Shown: piece by piece, positions 15,115 to 27,734 of the stretch
How positions within the stretch are numbered: the stretch's first letter is position 1
Layout of the letters: every line of letters begins with the position of its first letter
Source: the human T2T-CHM13v2.0 reference genome, Homo sapiens
Reading direction: 5' to 3' (one strand)
Assembly (NCBI RefSeq): GCF_009914755.1
Contig: NC_060931.1
Length of the DNA stretch: 64,000 nucleotides
Program-made: the position numbers and the translations under genes
Notes under the pieces: model-generated
What the model was told of the DNA's origin: nothing
Database searches by the model: none
What the model saw: the letters and a program-made list of their open reading frames with translations, nothing else

Positions 15115-15900
15115 TAGCATTCATGTATTCATTTGACATATTTACTGAATGTCTACATGTGTCATGTGCCAGGTTAGGTACTGAGTATATAGCAGTGAAC
15201 AACATAGACAAAGTCCCTGACTGACTTCGTAGAGCTTAGAATCCAGTGAGACAAGACAGCACTCACTAAATAAACAGTACATCTGGTGGTAATGAGGGTT
15301 ACGAAGACAAAAGAGAGGTATGATGTAGTGGTTTATTCATTTCTTTTTTTTTTTTTTTTAATTGATGGTTTGGAAAGGTGGCTTTTCTATTCTGTGGTAA
15401 CATTTGAAGGAAGTGAAGGAGCTAGTCATAAGGATATCTAGTACAAAAGCATTCCAAAAAACAGAGCATAGCAATTCTAAGTGTCTGAGGTAGGGGCTCA
15501 CTTAGTGTGGTTTTGGTGAAAGGCAAAAGGACCAGAGTAGCTGGAGCGGAGTGAACACTGGAGAGAATCTTAGAAAATAAGCTAAGAAAGGGAGCAGAAC
15601 GTTGGCTTTACTTATGAATGTAAAATAAATCTTCAGGACTAGTGCTATTACCTGCCTTACCTTTATGGACCACTCTGTACTGTGGAAAATGGATTGTAAG
15701 TGGGAAGGGTGGCTGCATTGAGGCAAGATGTGAAGCTAGCATAACACAGAGGAGAGATCATGAAGGCTCAGACTTAGACCATTGCGGTAGCAGTGTTGGC
15801 AATGAGGAATGATTAGATTCTCCATATAGGACAAAAGTGGAGCCTAGGATTTACTGGCTGAATTGGTTATGATGTGTGAAAGAGAGAGTTAATGATGCCT
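15115..15900 (-). mobile_element. L2 LINE 3' portion
   Basis: cattcat...catatttactgaatgtctac...tgtgccagg...acaaagtccctg...gagcttagaatccagtg, then purine-rich L2 body. Confidence 0.8.
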
Positions 15901-17745
15901 TATTTATTTTTTATATTCAGGTTACAAACAAAGATAGATGCTTTATAAAAGCAAACATTTGAAAATCTGCTTTGACATTAGTAGACAGTTACAGATGTGC
16001 ATGCTCCTTCTGATCTCTATTACACTTGATCTATCTCTTTGGAATCCATAGAAGGGAAAAATTAATTTTATATTTTGAATACTCTATATCTTCTTTGGGT
16101 CCATTCTGATAGTCACTTAATTGCTCTTAGAAGCATTATGAGATTTACACAGTTATTTTCTTTAGATGCCACTATTTAAACATATATGAAGAACTCATTC
16201 AACAAGTGTAAAACTTGCTTAATATTGATCCATTGTTGAAAATTTGAGAGAAAATTTACTATTATGTAAATTGAAAGGGACAAGTAAATAAAAAAAGAAC
16301 ATGTAAATTTCTTTATGTTCCATTTTAAACCATTATTTCTTATTCATATCTAAGTAGATCTACATATAACCTGCCAATAAGGCAGAGGTTCTGAATTTGG
16401 CTTTCAGGGAGACCATGAAACTTCCCAAATTGTGCATATATTCCTTTTTCTTGGAAGAGAGATTCTATTTTCCAACATATTTACAAAAGGGTTTTTAAAA
16501 GTTAAAAATGTTAAGAACAACTAAATTGAATGGTTAAGGAATTAGAAAATCATTGGTGGGACTGAAGCTCCTCACTGATTAGCTAAATTAATAAAGGAAA
16601 ATTTTGAAAGATTTTTGGAAGATTACTTTAAAATTATCTATTTTACACTTAACCATCTGCAATTTAAAAAATTATTTTTGAGGTGGCTGGACGGTTGTAA
16701 TTTTTGTTTATTTTTAAACTTCTGAATAAAAGTTCAATGAACAAAACAATAATTAAACTTAAAATATTACATCATCCTAAATTGTCTAGAAACATACTTG
16801 GGGCTTACCTTAAAATCAGGTGTTGTCACCACAATTACTTGTTAATCTACAAAACCTTTTCAAAGTCTTGAGCACTAACACTGTACTTGTACTCAGGTTT
16901 CCCTGAAATGTGCAATTAAACTGAAAACCAGGAAAGAAGCTACAAATCATAGGATGGAAAGGCTATAATAATCTGTTTGTCTAGAAAAAATTAATTGATT
17001 ATGTAATTGGGTATGCCATTGTACACTGGCTAACACATTTAATTCATATGGATGTACTTCAGTGGGACAATTGATTCAAAAGTATTGTGCTTGAAGATTA
17101 AATATGTAGAACTGATATTTACTTAGAAATGTAAATACATGTGGTGGTTGAATAGTCAGCTATAGCCATCAGTTGATGCTGACTCTCCTTGTATTATTGT
17201 TTAAAAACAAAACAAAATAATAACAAGTGTAATTGTTTCATTTCATATGTGGAAATTGATATTAATATTTATAGGCCTCTGGGATAGCATTTAGTATACT
17301 GCTGTAGAATAATAGTTTGGTAGTTATAACAGTTAAGTGTCTTAAATATTATATGTATCCCTTAATATATTTCTGCTGATAAGGGATCCTGGGGATGATG
17401 TAGTTATCAATGCCAAATAAAGACTACTGCAGGAATTAATAATTGAAACACTTATTAACTGTATTTGTATCTTTTTTACAATGATGTGATTTAATTTGAT
17501 GATAACATTCAATGATATTGACTGTTTCCAGCATATTTGAATGGCATAAACCTGACTTTCAAATTTGTGGTCAGCTCATTTTGACTTACATCTTTCTAGT
17601 TGTAAAAGGTGTGTTAGTCTTGAAAACAAAATGAAAATAAATGTATAAAGGATACAAAGTTGTCTTTAACTCGAATATTTATATGCCTAAAATTCCTGAG
17701 TTAGCAATGAACTTTAAGTTATCGAGTGTTCTTTTCCGGCACTGC

Positions 17746-18204
17746 TGTAGCAGACACTGATACCGTCCTGTCTATGTCACTACTTTCCTTATCACTGCAG
17801 TCCACGTTAGCTCAATTTCCAACTGCCAGCATGTGGATTTCTTTTCCTGAAGGCTTTCTTTGTCCGCTGGAGCCTGCTCTGCTACCTGTACAGTAGGACA
17901 GAAGTGCTCAGGAAATAATGCTGTTTGGTACCCAAGAACAGGCTTCCACAAGTTACCTGAGAAGTCCTCATCCAATGATCTCAAGAGGGATAACTTTGAT
18001 GCGTGTATTGTATACGGATTCACCAAACCCCACGGTGGTAACTTGCTTGATGGAACACACTTTACTAAACTACTTTTTTCTGCTTCAAATCTTCACTTCC
18101 TTACTTCTTCATTATTGATGCCTCATATAATCACCTTTAATATAAATTACTTTCATTCAAACCTTTGTCTCAGGAAATGCTTCTAGGGGAATGGACACTA
18201 AGAT
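17746..18204 (+). mobile_element. Old ERVL-type solo LTR (LTR16/LTR33-like)
   Basis: Starts tgtagcagacactg; ends aaacctttgtctcagg...tgcttctaggggaa...actaaga. Confidence 0.55.
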
Positions 18205-18287
18205 ATATATAGATTGAAAAAAATTTATTTGATCATGATATTTGCTCTCAATCACAAATATAAAATGATATCTTTTGTGAATGTAGA

Positions 18288-20330
18288 TTTTAAAAATCAC
18301 ATTTATCGAGGTATAATTTACACACAATAAAGTACAATCATTTTAGTTGTACAGTTCAATAAATTTGATACAACTATGTAATTTCCTTCATTATAATCAA
18401 GATATGGAACATCTCTCTCTAAAACATTCCCTCATGCCCCTTTGTAGTGAATCCCCATGACCCCCACTATCGATTCCTCACTATTGATTAGGTTTCTTAT
18501 TCTAGAATTTTATATAGAAGGAATCAGAGTATATACTCTTTTTTTCTGGCTTCTTTAACTCTGCATTATGTTTTTGAGATTCATTCATTATGTTTTTCAT
18601 GAATCAATAGGTTTTACTTATTGCTAAGTAGTATTCCATTGCATAGAAATGCTACAATTTGTGTATGCACTTATTTGTTGATGGGCATTTAGGTTGCTTT
18701 CAGCTTTTGGCTATTATGAATAAAACTGCTTTGAATATTTGTGAACAAGCCTTTGTGTGGACCTATGTTTCATTTCTTTTGGGTAAATACCTAAGAAGGG
18801 AATTCTGGGTTGTATAATAAGGGTATGTTTACCTGTAAGAAATATTTAACTGGTTTAAAAGTCGTTTTATACATTTTATATTCCCACCAATGGTCTATGT
18901 GAATTAGAGTTGCCCCAGGGCTTTCCCAACAATAGGTACTGTCAGTCTTTTAAAATCTTAGCTATTCCAGTGTGTATGTAATAGTGTCTCATTGTGATTT
19001 TAATTTGTATTTTACTCCTGATTGGTGAAGCTAGGTATCTTTCAGATGTTTTTTGGTAATGTATAGACTTTCCATTTGTGAAGTGTCTATTAAACTCAAT
19101 AATTTCAAAATTATTGAGTTTAAAATTTTAAAATTATTGAGTTGTAGATGTTCTTCATATATTCTGGATAACAGTCCCTTGTCAGATATATATATTGCAA
19201 ATAATTTCTTTTAGTCTTAGCTTGCCTTTTTATTAATAGTGTTTTTTGAAGAACAGAGTGTAATTTGTCATTATTTAAATAATTAGTACTCTCTTGATGT
19301 CCTAGAGAAGCAAAGATCTAAGCAATCTTTGTCTACTCTTAATTTTTTTCCCAGAAATTTTAGAGTTCTAGATTCTTTGTTTTGGTCTATGATGTATTTA
19401 AAGGTAGGTTTTGTGTGAGGTGTGAGGTTTTTTCAAATGAGCATAGTTTTTTCCAGCAACATTTGTTGACAAGATTGTCTTTTCCTCACTGAATTATATT
19501 GACAATATTGTAAAAAAAATGATTAAACATATATATGGGGTCTACTTTTCCACACTACTTGGTTCCATTGATTTCTATCTATACATTTTGATATGTTGTG
19601 ATTTCATTTTTCTTCACTGCAGTATATTTTCCAAGTTTCATTGTGATATTTTTGACTCATCATATCTTTAGAAATATGTTGTTTAATTTCCTAATATTTG
19701 TAGATTTTTCAGATGTGCTTTTGTTATTGATATTTAACCTTATTGTGGTTAAAGAATATACTCTAGGTGATTTCAGTCTCTCTAGATTTACTGAGATTTA
19801 TTTTATGGGCTAGCATATGGTCTGTTTATTTTAGTGGGTGGCTTGTTTATATGCCTTTGAGAAGAATGTGTGCTCTGCTGTTGTTTGTTATAGCGTAGTG
19901 TAATGTCAATTATGTTAAGTTGGCTAACAATGTTTAGCTATTCCATAGCCTTACAAATTTTGTGTATATTTAATTTTTTGTTACCAAGGGAAGAGTATTA
20001 ATATCTGAAACTATCCACATTAGTTTTATCTATTTCTTCCCTCATTTCTGAATATTTTTGGCTTCACGTAGTTTGAAGATTTATTATGGGCATATACACA
20101 AATAGGATGTTACATCCTCTTGACAAATTAAGACTTTTTGTTATGAAATGTTCTTCTTTACTCTTGGTAATATTCCTCAATCTTAAGTACATCATTTAAA
20201 AATGTTATATAGCCAGTTCATCTTTATTTGATTAGTGTTTTTATAGTGTACCTCAAAAAATCCTTTTACTATTTAGCTACCCATGCCTTTATTTTTACAT
20301 TGTGTCTCTTATAGACAGCATATAGTTGAG
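18288..20330 (-). mobile_element. Old L1M fragments (3'UTR and ORF2 end, joined near 19590 to ORF2 endonuclease-region sequence)
   Basis: tttatcgaggtataatttaca...tttggctattatgaataaaactgct...ttgggtaaatacctaag; degraded antisense ORF2 text follows. Confidence 0.8.
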
Positions 20331-21014
20331 TATAGTGGATGCCGTGCTCTGTCACTCATATGCTCCTTCAGTAAAAGACTTCCAGCCCAAGCTTTTGAGA
20401 ATGCTGTCAGCAGATAGGCTTTAGCTTTCAGTTTCTTCGTGAATTGCTTATGCTCCAGAGGGCTGCCTCATCATGTCTTCAGAAATTACATTTCTGGCTC
20501 CAGTTGATATATCAGAAAAGATAAGGCTAATCTGAGTTTTTTTGTTCGTTGTAGAAGACCCATTTTTAAAAAATCACCTTTACACTTCACCTTTATTCTG
20601 ATGCTTTCATTAAATTATATAGAAAATCAAATAATTATATGCAAATGTTTAAGAATGTTAAGAGACATTTAAGCTACTAAGTTTCCTTTTCTGTGTTAAT
20701 CAATGAAATGTGGCCTTTGCCTGAGTTTCATGTCCTTTGGAGCTAGGAATGGATGATGTATGTTAATCTAGAAAGGATCATATCTTTTATAAAATAAACC
20801 AATTTTAACTTCTTTTGAAAGGATTGATTTAGATGAGACAGGATAAAAATAAAATGCCAGGACTGGTTGGCAAAATGAGTCGGTATATTCTCATCAGTAG
20901 CCTCAATGACAAATGCATTTATTTTATTTTTCTACCCTCTGCAAGTGTCCTACAGAAGTACTTATATAGCATATAAGAGTGATCAGTTTCCAATTTGATA
21001 ACTAAATGGAAACC

Positions 21015-21210
21015 ATAGAAACATTTATTGAATGCACGTTAGGTCCCAATTACTATCCTAGGCACTTTACACATTCTCTATTTCAATCCTGGAAGTAAAC
21101 CTGTGAGAGCTATAGATGCAATCACTCATGTTTTATTGGTAGTGAAACTGAGATTCATAGAAGTTAAGAGAGTAGACATTGACAGTCTGATTCCAGACTG
21201 GGTGCTCCTT
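21015..21210 (-). mobile_element. MIR fragment
   Basis: aacatttattgaatgc...ctaggcactttaca...gaaactgaga...cagtctgattccaga. Confidence 0.65.
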
Positions 21211-22727
21211 TTGTGCTTTCATTTTGGTCTTAATTTTTGGACATAATTAAACAGAAGTTTTGGTACTAATTTTTTAGTAGTCTGGGAAATATGCTAATAT
21301 ATCTCTGAGTATATATTTTATTTTTTGTTGGTAAAACTATATAAAGAAATTTAAGAACTCTAACATTTATTTATATTTGAAGATGATATGAATATTTCAT
21401 TTCAGATAATGTACATTAAATATTTCACTCTGATGACCTAGATACATTAACATTGTACAGTAGCATTTGAATATTAACATTTAAAAATGCACTCACTTTT
21501 CAATTATACCCTTATTTTGAATTATGGGGTCATGATTAAATATTTAACCAAGAACTCAAAACAATGGCAGAGGTACATAGCTACAGTTTTGATTCGACAT
21601 AGCTACAGTTGTGATTTGAGGGTTTCTCCCTCAAGGTGACTATTTGCTTCTAGCATCTGCCTAAATATGTAGATGCCTATATGCCTATAATATAGGCATA
21701 TAAGCATGGATTAGTGTTGATTAATTTTTTTAGGGAACTTAAAAAAATCTTTTTACTATTAACTTATTTAAACCTTTATGTGAGAAAAGAAATTTGTCTA
21801 TTCATAAGAAAAAGAATGTGCACATAGCATAGTGACATTAGTAGGGCATGATGTGTGAAATAATGTAGACATCTTTAATGCTGTGAAAACCAGGTAAACT
21901 ATTATTTTTAGTAATTTTTAAATTTTGAGTGAATAAATTGCATAGGAAGACATATTTTAGAGAACATATTGATTTTCGTATAAAACCACTAGTTCATGAT
22001 ATACGACAGATTCAACTGGCAAGCCTAATGCATGGTTATAATTTCTTCTTAATATTCCATTTTTCAACCACTGCTTAGCTTTACCTTACCCAAAATATAT
22101 TTGTCTTTTTCTGCGTGTTACTGATTTCTCACTCTGTTAGTATTACCAGTATTTGAGGAGATCAAATAATATTTTAAATATTAGGCTCATTATTGCAGTC
22201 AATTTTTTTTAAAAAATTACATAAAAAGCAATTATTGAGCCCCTACAATGCTCTAGACATCATAATAGGTGCTGAGAACACCAAACTAATTTTTTAAAAG
22301 AAATTCCACATTGTAGGAGGTAAAAACAATTTGTCTCATGAGAGATATAATTATATTATACCATATCATACCAACATGATATGATATAGAAGATAAATTG
22401 CTTTGGTGGCCCAGTTGAAGAAATAAAATATCTTGCCTGTAGATAGAATGAGGTGTATTATGGTTTAGATGCTCCTTCTAGTTTGAATGCAAGTAATTTA
22501 TTTGAAAGGTAGATAAGTGAGACTAGGAAGGACAGCCAATAAAGGGGCTTTAATAATCATAGGTAAGCAAGGGTAATATTTATACATGGGATTGGACACA
22601 GAATAAAAATAAGCTGATAATTCTCTGAAAGCCATAACATTAACTGGGAAACTTAAATAAAGGATCTAAGCTTGATTATAAGATGAAGAACAAATAATTT
22701 GGGGGGGCCCAGACCGATGCTATTTCT

Positions 22728-23023
22728 TTTTTCTTTTTTGAGACAGAGTCTCACTCTGTCACCCAGGCTGGAGTGCAGTGGTATGATCTCAGCTTACTGC
22801 AACCTCTGCCTCCCGGGTTCAAGCAATTCTCTGCCTCAGCCTCCCGAGTAGCTGGGATTACAGGCGTGCGCCACCAAGCCTGGCTAATTTTTTTTTTGTA
22901 TTTTTAGTAGAGACAGGGGTTCACCTTCTTGGCCAGGCTGGTCTTGAACTCCTGACCTTTTGATCCACCCACCTCAGCCTCCCAAAGTACTGGGATTACA
23001 GGCGTGAGCCACCACACCCAGCC
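22728..23023 (-). mobile_element. Full-length AluS with ~16-bp TSD
   Basis: Complete dimer flanked by gaccgatgctatttct and aactgatgctatttct. Confidence 0.96.
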
Positions 23024-25744
23024 AACTGATGCTATTTCTATAGAGAAAAATGATTGTATGAGCTCTTTGCTGACATATATTTTTCACAATTTTCTTAATT
23101 AGTCCAAAGCACCTTGAATGCTAAACTTGAAAATATAAGACCAGTGTGAAGCTAACATTTTCCACTAAGTATATCTCACCAGTGGGCATGTTCTGTGAAG
23201 AAAGTAGACAGTTTTGAGTGTTCTTTTTTCCTTAGGATTTGATAAGAATTTGTAACATAGATTGTTGGAGTTGAAAAGTGAGCCCTCAATAATAGCAACA
23301 TTCTTTTCTATCCATTCTACACAATGTCACAAATAAAGAGTAAATTTGCAGGCCAAAATATCAACTTGCTTATTGATAGAGACTCTGTACGAGGATGTAA
23401 TTTATTGTAAGAGCCAAATGGGTCTGAAATCCACACCCAAGGACTGGGCTGACTTACCCAACAGTTGGGGAAATATGCTTTTCATGTGGATCACCTTCCC
23501 ATGGAAGATGGAGTAAGGTGAGAGGAATTTCTACTTTTGGGGGCCAGCTTGTTCTGGGTGGAGCTGAGTTTAACATGCACGGTTATCCTCCTCACATTTG
23601 TCAGATATACCACTGTGTTCCCGAGTGGCAGAGATAGTGAAGGAGTAGAGAGAGGCCAAGAGTGTGTGTAGAACAGATTCTCCTTCATAAAAATCAGAAT
23701 TTGTGTTGGAGAGGTGGCAGGAGAGGGATATTTCCCCTTTTTAAGAGATTATGTAAAAAGATTAGAAAAAAACAGAAAAAATTGATTTAATATTTTTCCT
23801 GTTAGAAAAATTTGGGTTTGTTGTTGTTTAGGACAAAATGAGGAAAATTCATTATAACTACTCATAATGATAAAGATATAGAAAATTATAGCATCAGAGT
23901 ATCCCTTAAATAAAAATTTTCTATTTGTTTAAAATCTGATTATTAACAGTTTGGGCATCACCTTTGTTCTAAACAATAAGTGTAAAGACCAGTTGTAATA
24001 ACAAACTTAACTAAAATTTAACTTTGCTTCAAATTAGCTTTAACAGTATCACTATATGTTTTAATTTAATATAGCCTACATCATCTTCCAAATTTTTACT
24101 CTATAGAATATCTAAGCAGCGAGATGCTCACATTTGAAAAATGGCACAGTCACATTAGTTGGGAAAATATTGAGCTCGTAAAGCTTTGAAGGTCCCAGAC
24201 TATGACTATGGGGTTTCTTAATTTGAATATAAATTGTGAATAACCTAGAATTTTAAAAACTTGACTACTGTCCTTTCTTTCACAGACTAATTAATAGGAC
24301 CATTTTTTTTCTGTTTAAAATTCTTTAATGTGTGTTATTTTATTTTGTTCTCAAAGCTATCTTCTCAGGCTGGCATTAAAATCGGAATATGAGAGATGAA
24401 AAAACTGAGATGTTAAGCTACATCATGGGTTCAAGGCAGAGGACTAGAGAGCTCGAGTCAAACTGGAGTCTTCTGACTTCCATTCTGTCAGCCTTTCCAT
24501 TGTGGTGTTTTTATTAAGTACAACGTAAAGTCTGTCTTCATAGAAGGTCAATGCAGTCAATTAAAAAGGGAAACAAAAAAAAAAACATAAGCATTTGATG
24601 TAATAATAATGAAAGGAAGCTGACATTATTCAAAATAAATTTTCTCTTACTGAATTGATGAGTAGTTTGGAGGAAGGCAAAAAGGATTGAATTACAGTGT
24701 TTTGTGCCAAAGGGTTTTTTTGACCCTGAACCCAGTTTATTTTTCTGACTTTGAGATAAGATGCTGAGGTGGCAATCAAGTTTTCTAGAAAAGGTCTAAC
24801 ATGATATGAACAGAAGAATTTCTCACTTTCTCATATTAGAAAACTTTCCTTTTCACTTGATATTTGAAGATGAAGGGCTCATTGATACATGTTTTCACTA
24901 ACCCTTAGCTTAAAACTACTCTATAAAAGATTGTGAAGGAAATAAATATGAACCTAATCTTGATTTCTGAAAAGCTATTTCCTGTGAAACAAGAATGGGA
25001 TAAATTGGTAATGCAACCTTTGTAAACATGATTTTATATTTTTTATGCTAAGGACTATACTCATAGGAGCTTCATCTTCTACTCATTTGCATGATATTTT
25101 ATGGGTCAAACATCCTCTTCAGCTCAAGCGAGGCTAGTGAAACATTTAGTCTGGAGGAAATTTTTATTTTTGAATAAGCTTTGTGTATCAGCTTATGGTA
25201 AAGGATTCTACTGTTTTTGGTCTTTTCATTTTTTTTAAGAGTGTTTTTGTTCAGGATTGCTGTTTACTAGTAGTTGAAAATTGTATGGAAATGCATAGGA
25301 TTTAGGTCTGTTTTTGAGATGATTTATGTGCAAGTAAATCCTGTAAACCATCACCCTAAAGCATATTCATGGCTTCAAATATCTCTCTGTTTCCATTGCT
25401 CTTCTGCAGGCAGGAAGCGTCTCATTTAGGATTCATGTCCTCTGGGAGGGAGAGAAAGTAGTTAGTATGCATTTTTTAGGATATTCTCTTAAAGATTGCT
25501 CCCATTATTAAAATGTTTTTTGAAACCAAAATACAGATAATTTTGTCAGCATTCAACTTTTTACTTTAGTTCACTGAGAAGGACAGTTCCTGCACTCTGA
25601 AATGTGTTGACTGGACTCCAGGATAAGCAGATATAAAACCAGATCAGTTTATGTTGAGAAATTGAATGTAGAATTGGAAAGCAGAAGGTTGTTGGGAAAG
25701 ATGCTCTATACAGATTTACTTTTTAAGCTGTTTTGGTTTCACCT

Positions 25745-25912
25745 AGTGCAAATCATTTTACCTCTCCAGTCTCAGATTCCTAATCTGTGAAATAGATGTA
25801 ATAATACACACCTCCGAGGGTTATAAGGATTAAGTAAGATGAAATTTATAAAGTAACGTAGCATGGAGCTTTATACATAGTGGATAGTCTATGAATTCTA
25901 GTTGCTATTATT
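25745..25912 (+). mobile_element. MIR core
   Basis: gcaaatcattttacctctc...tctcagattcctaatctgtgaaatag...taataatac. Confidence 0.75.
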
Positions 25913-26124
25913 GATTTATTATAAAATATCTTTTAACCTGAGAATCCAAATGAAATGTTAAAAATCACACCACACCACCACCACCACATTATTATTTATT
26001 TTAGGTTACTATAGAAGCAAGAAAAATAGGCTCCTGAAGGCCCTTGAGTCAAAGCTATTTTAATGACTTTGTTCTTTTCACTACCTATGTTGATTTGTAT
26101 GTAAATATATCTTCATTCTAAACC

Positions 26125-26292
26125 AATAGTTCTTAACTATCTCAACCAACAGTTATCAAAGTTAAAAAAAAAAAAGAATACTCAGTCTCCTTTTCTGTGA
26201 CACTTAAACCAGAATCTCAAGGTAGAGCCCGTGTATTTGTAGTTTTTAAGAGCTTTTCAAGTCAGATGCGGCCATTGATGAGAATATCTGGC
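26125..26292. mobile_element. Degraded MER5-like hAT element
   Basis: caatagttctt...cagaatctc...gagccc...tttttaagagc...tgagaatatctg. Confidence 0.4.
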
Positions 26293-27734
26293 CTACCATG
26301 CATCTAACCCCAAGACTGATGCATCATTTTTATAAATTGCAATAAGACAATCAAATTAGGTTAAGTATATTGGTTAAGGTAGGCATCTTAGGCTGTGATG
26401 CTTAATTACACTTCCTGAATCTTTTACTTTCTGGGTTATAGGCAGCATTAGAAACTTACAAGAAAGTCAAGTTTAGCGGAATCTGTGTAATAGGCTGCTG
26501 AGCAGTGAAAAAAAAAAGTAAGTAGATATGGGAATTTTATTTGGAGAAAAAATGAAAAATGCTAGGTTATTGATTATTGATAGGCCCTCCATTTTACCAT
26601 TATTTTAAGAAGAAACCATGACTGACTCTTAATTAACACTCATCTCAGAAAATTTTTACAGTTGAGAATGCGCAAGATCTGGGACATTCATATGGCTGCT
26701 TTCTTGTACTATAAATCACCTGTCTAGAGGCTTGTTTAGGGCTTGGTTTATTTATACAGAATGAAAAAAGGAAGAGTTCCATTATAAGATCAATTTGGAA
26801 TTGACTAGGCACCCAAATTCAATGATGCAGAATCAAAGTGTCCTGATGATGCAAAGCCAACTTTGCCTCTGAAGCCCTGGATTTAAGCAGTGTTTGTGAT
26901 GCTAGATCATATTAACATCCCCCAGGCAGTTGGCAGTGGTAATGTTCACTTAGGGCATCAATCCTTATGCCCATGTTGGAGTTATAAATCTGGGCATTCA
27001 AAGGACTCTTGCAACAGTAATCATGTGGATAAGTGATTTTTTTTTTATTTCCATGTGGTTTAGATAGCTCTCATTTTGTATAAAACTAGTATATTCTTGA
27101 TGACTAGAAGAATACATTTCTCTTTGTAAGTACATATATATTATAGCGAATGTATACACTGACACATCTAGACATCATGTGTAGATAGTATGTACCTCTT
27201 TGTTTCTAAAATATATATAATATATATTGCTACATTTCCCTATTCCTTCCTCGAAGAATGTACATGGTCAAAACTTTAGTAAACATATACTATGCTATAA
27301 TGTATCTATGAACTGAGTAATGAAGCCACACTGACTATTTGCTTTGCCAGAATCTGTCCAGCAATTATTTTAATCCATAATTTTGGTCCAGTGAGAAATT
27401 GTTAGTACATACAGCAAGAATGTGACATCATCTAGGATAGTAGATAGATTGATATGTGGACTACCGGAAGTGAATGAGAAACGTACAAATGAAAATGTTT
27501 TCCAACATTGTAAAACACAGTATTTTTTATCAGAATATTTATGCGGTTTCTCTTATGTACAATGTGCTACGCTACTTAGAGAACACAGGTTTTTAGAAAA
27601 TCTAAAATTATTAGTCTTCAGCTTTTAAAATGTCATATTTTGCTTTATAATTTTATATGCTGTAAGTAAAATATTTAATTGGTATATATGGTAGATTTTT
27701 GTGCCAGAGATTGTTCAAATAAACTTATGGAATT

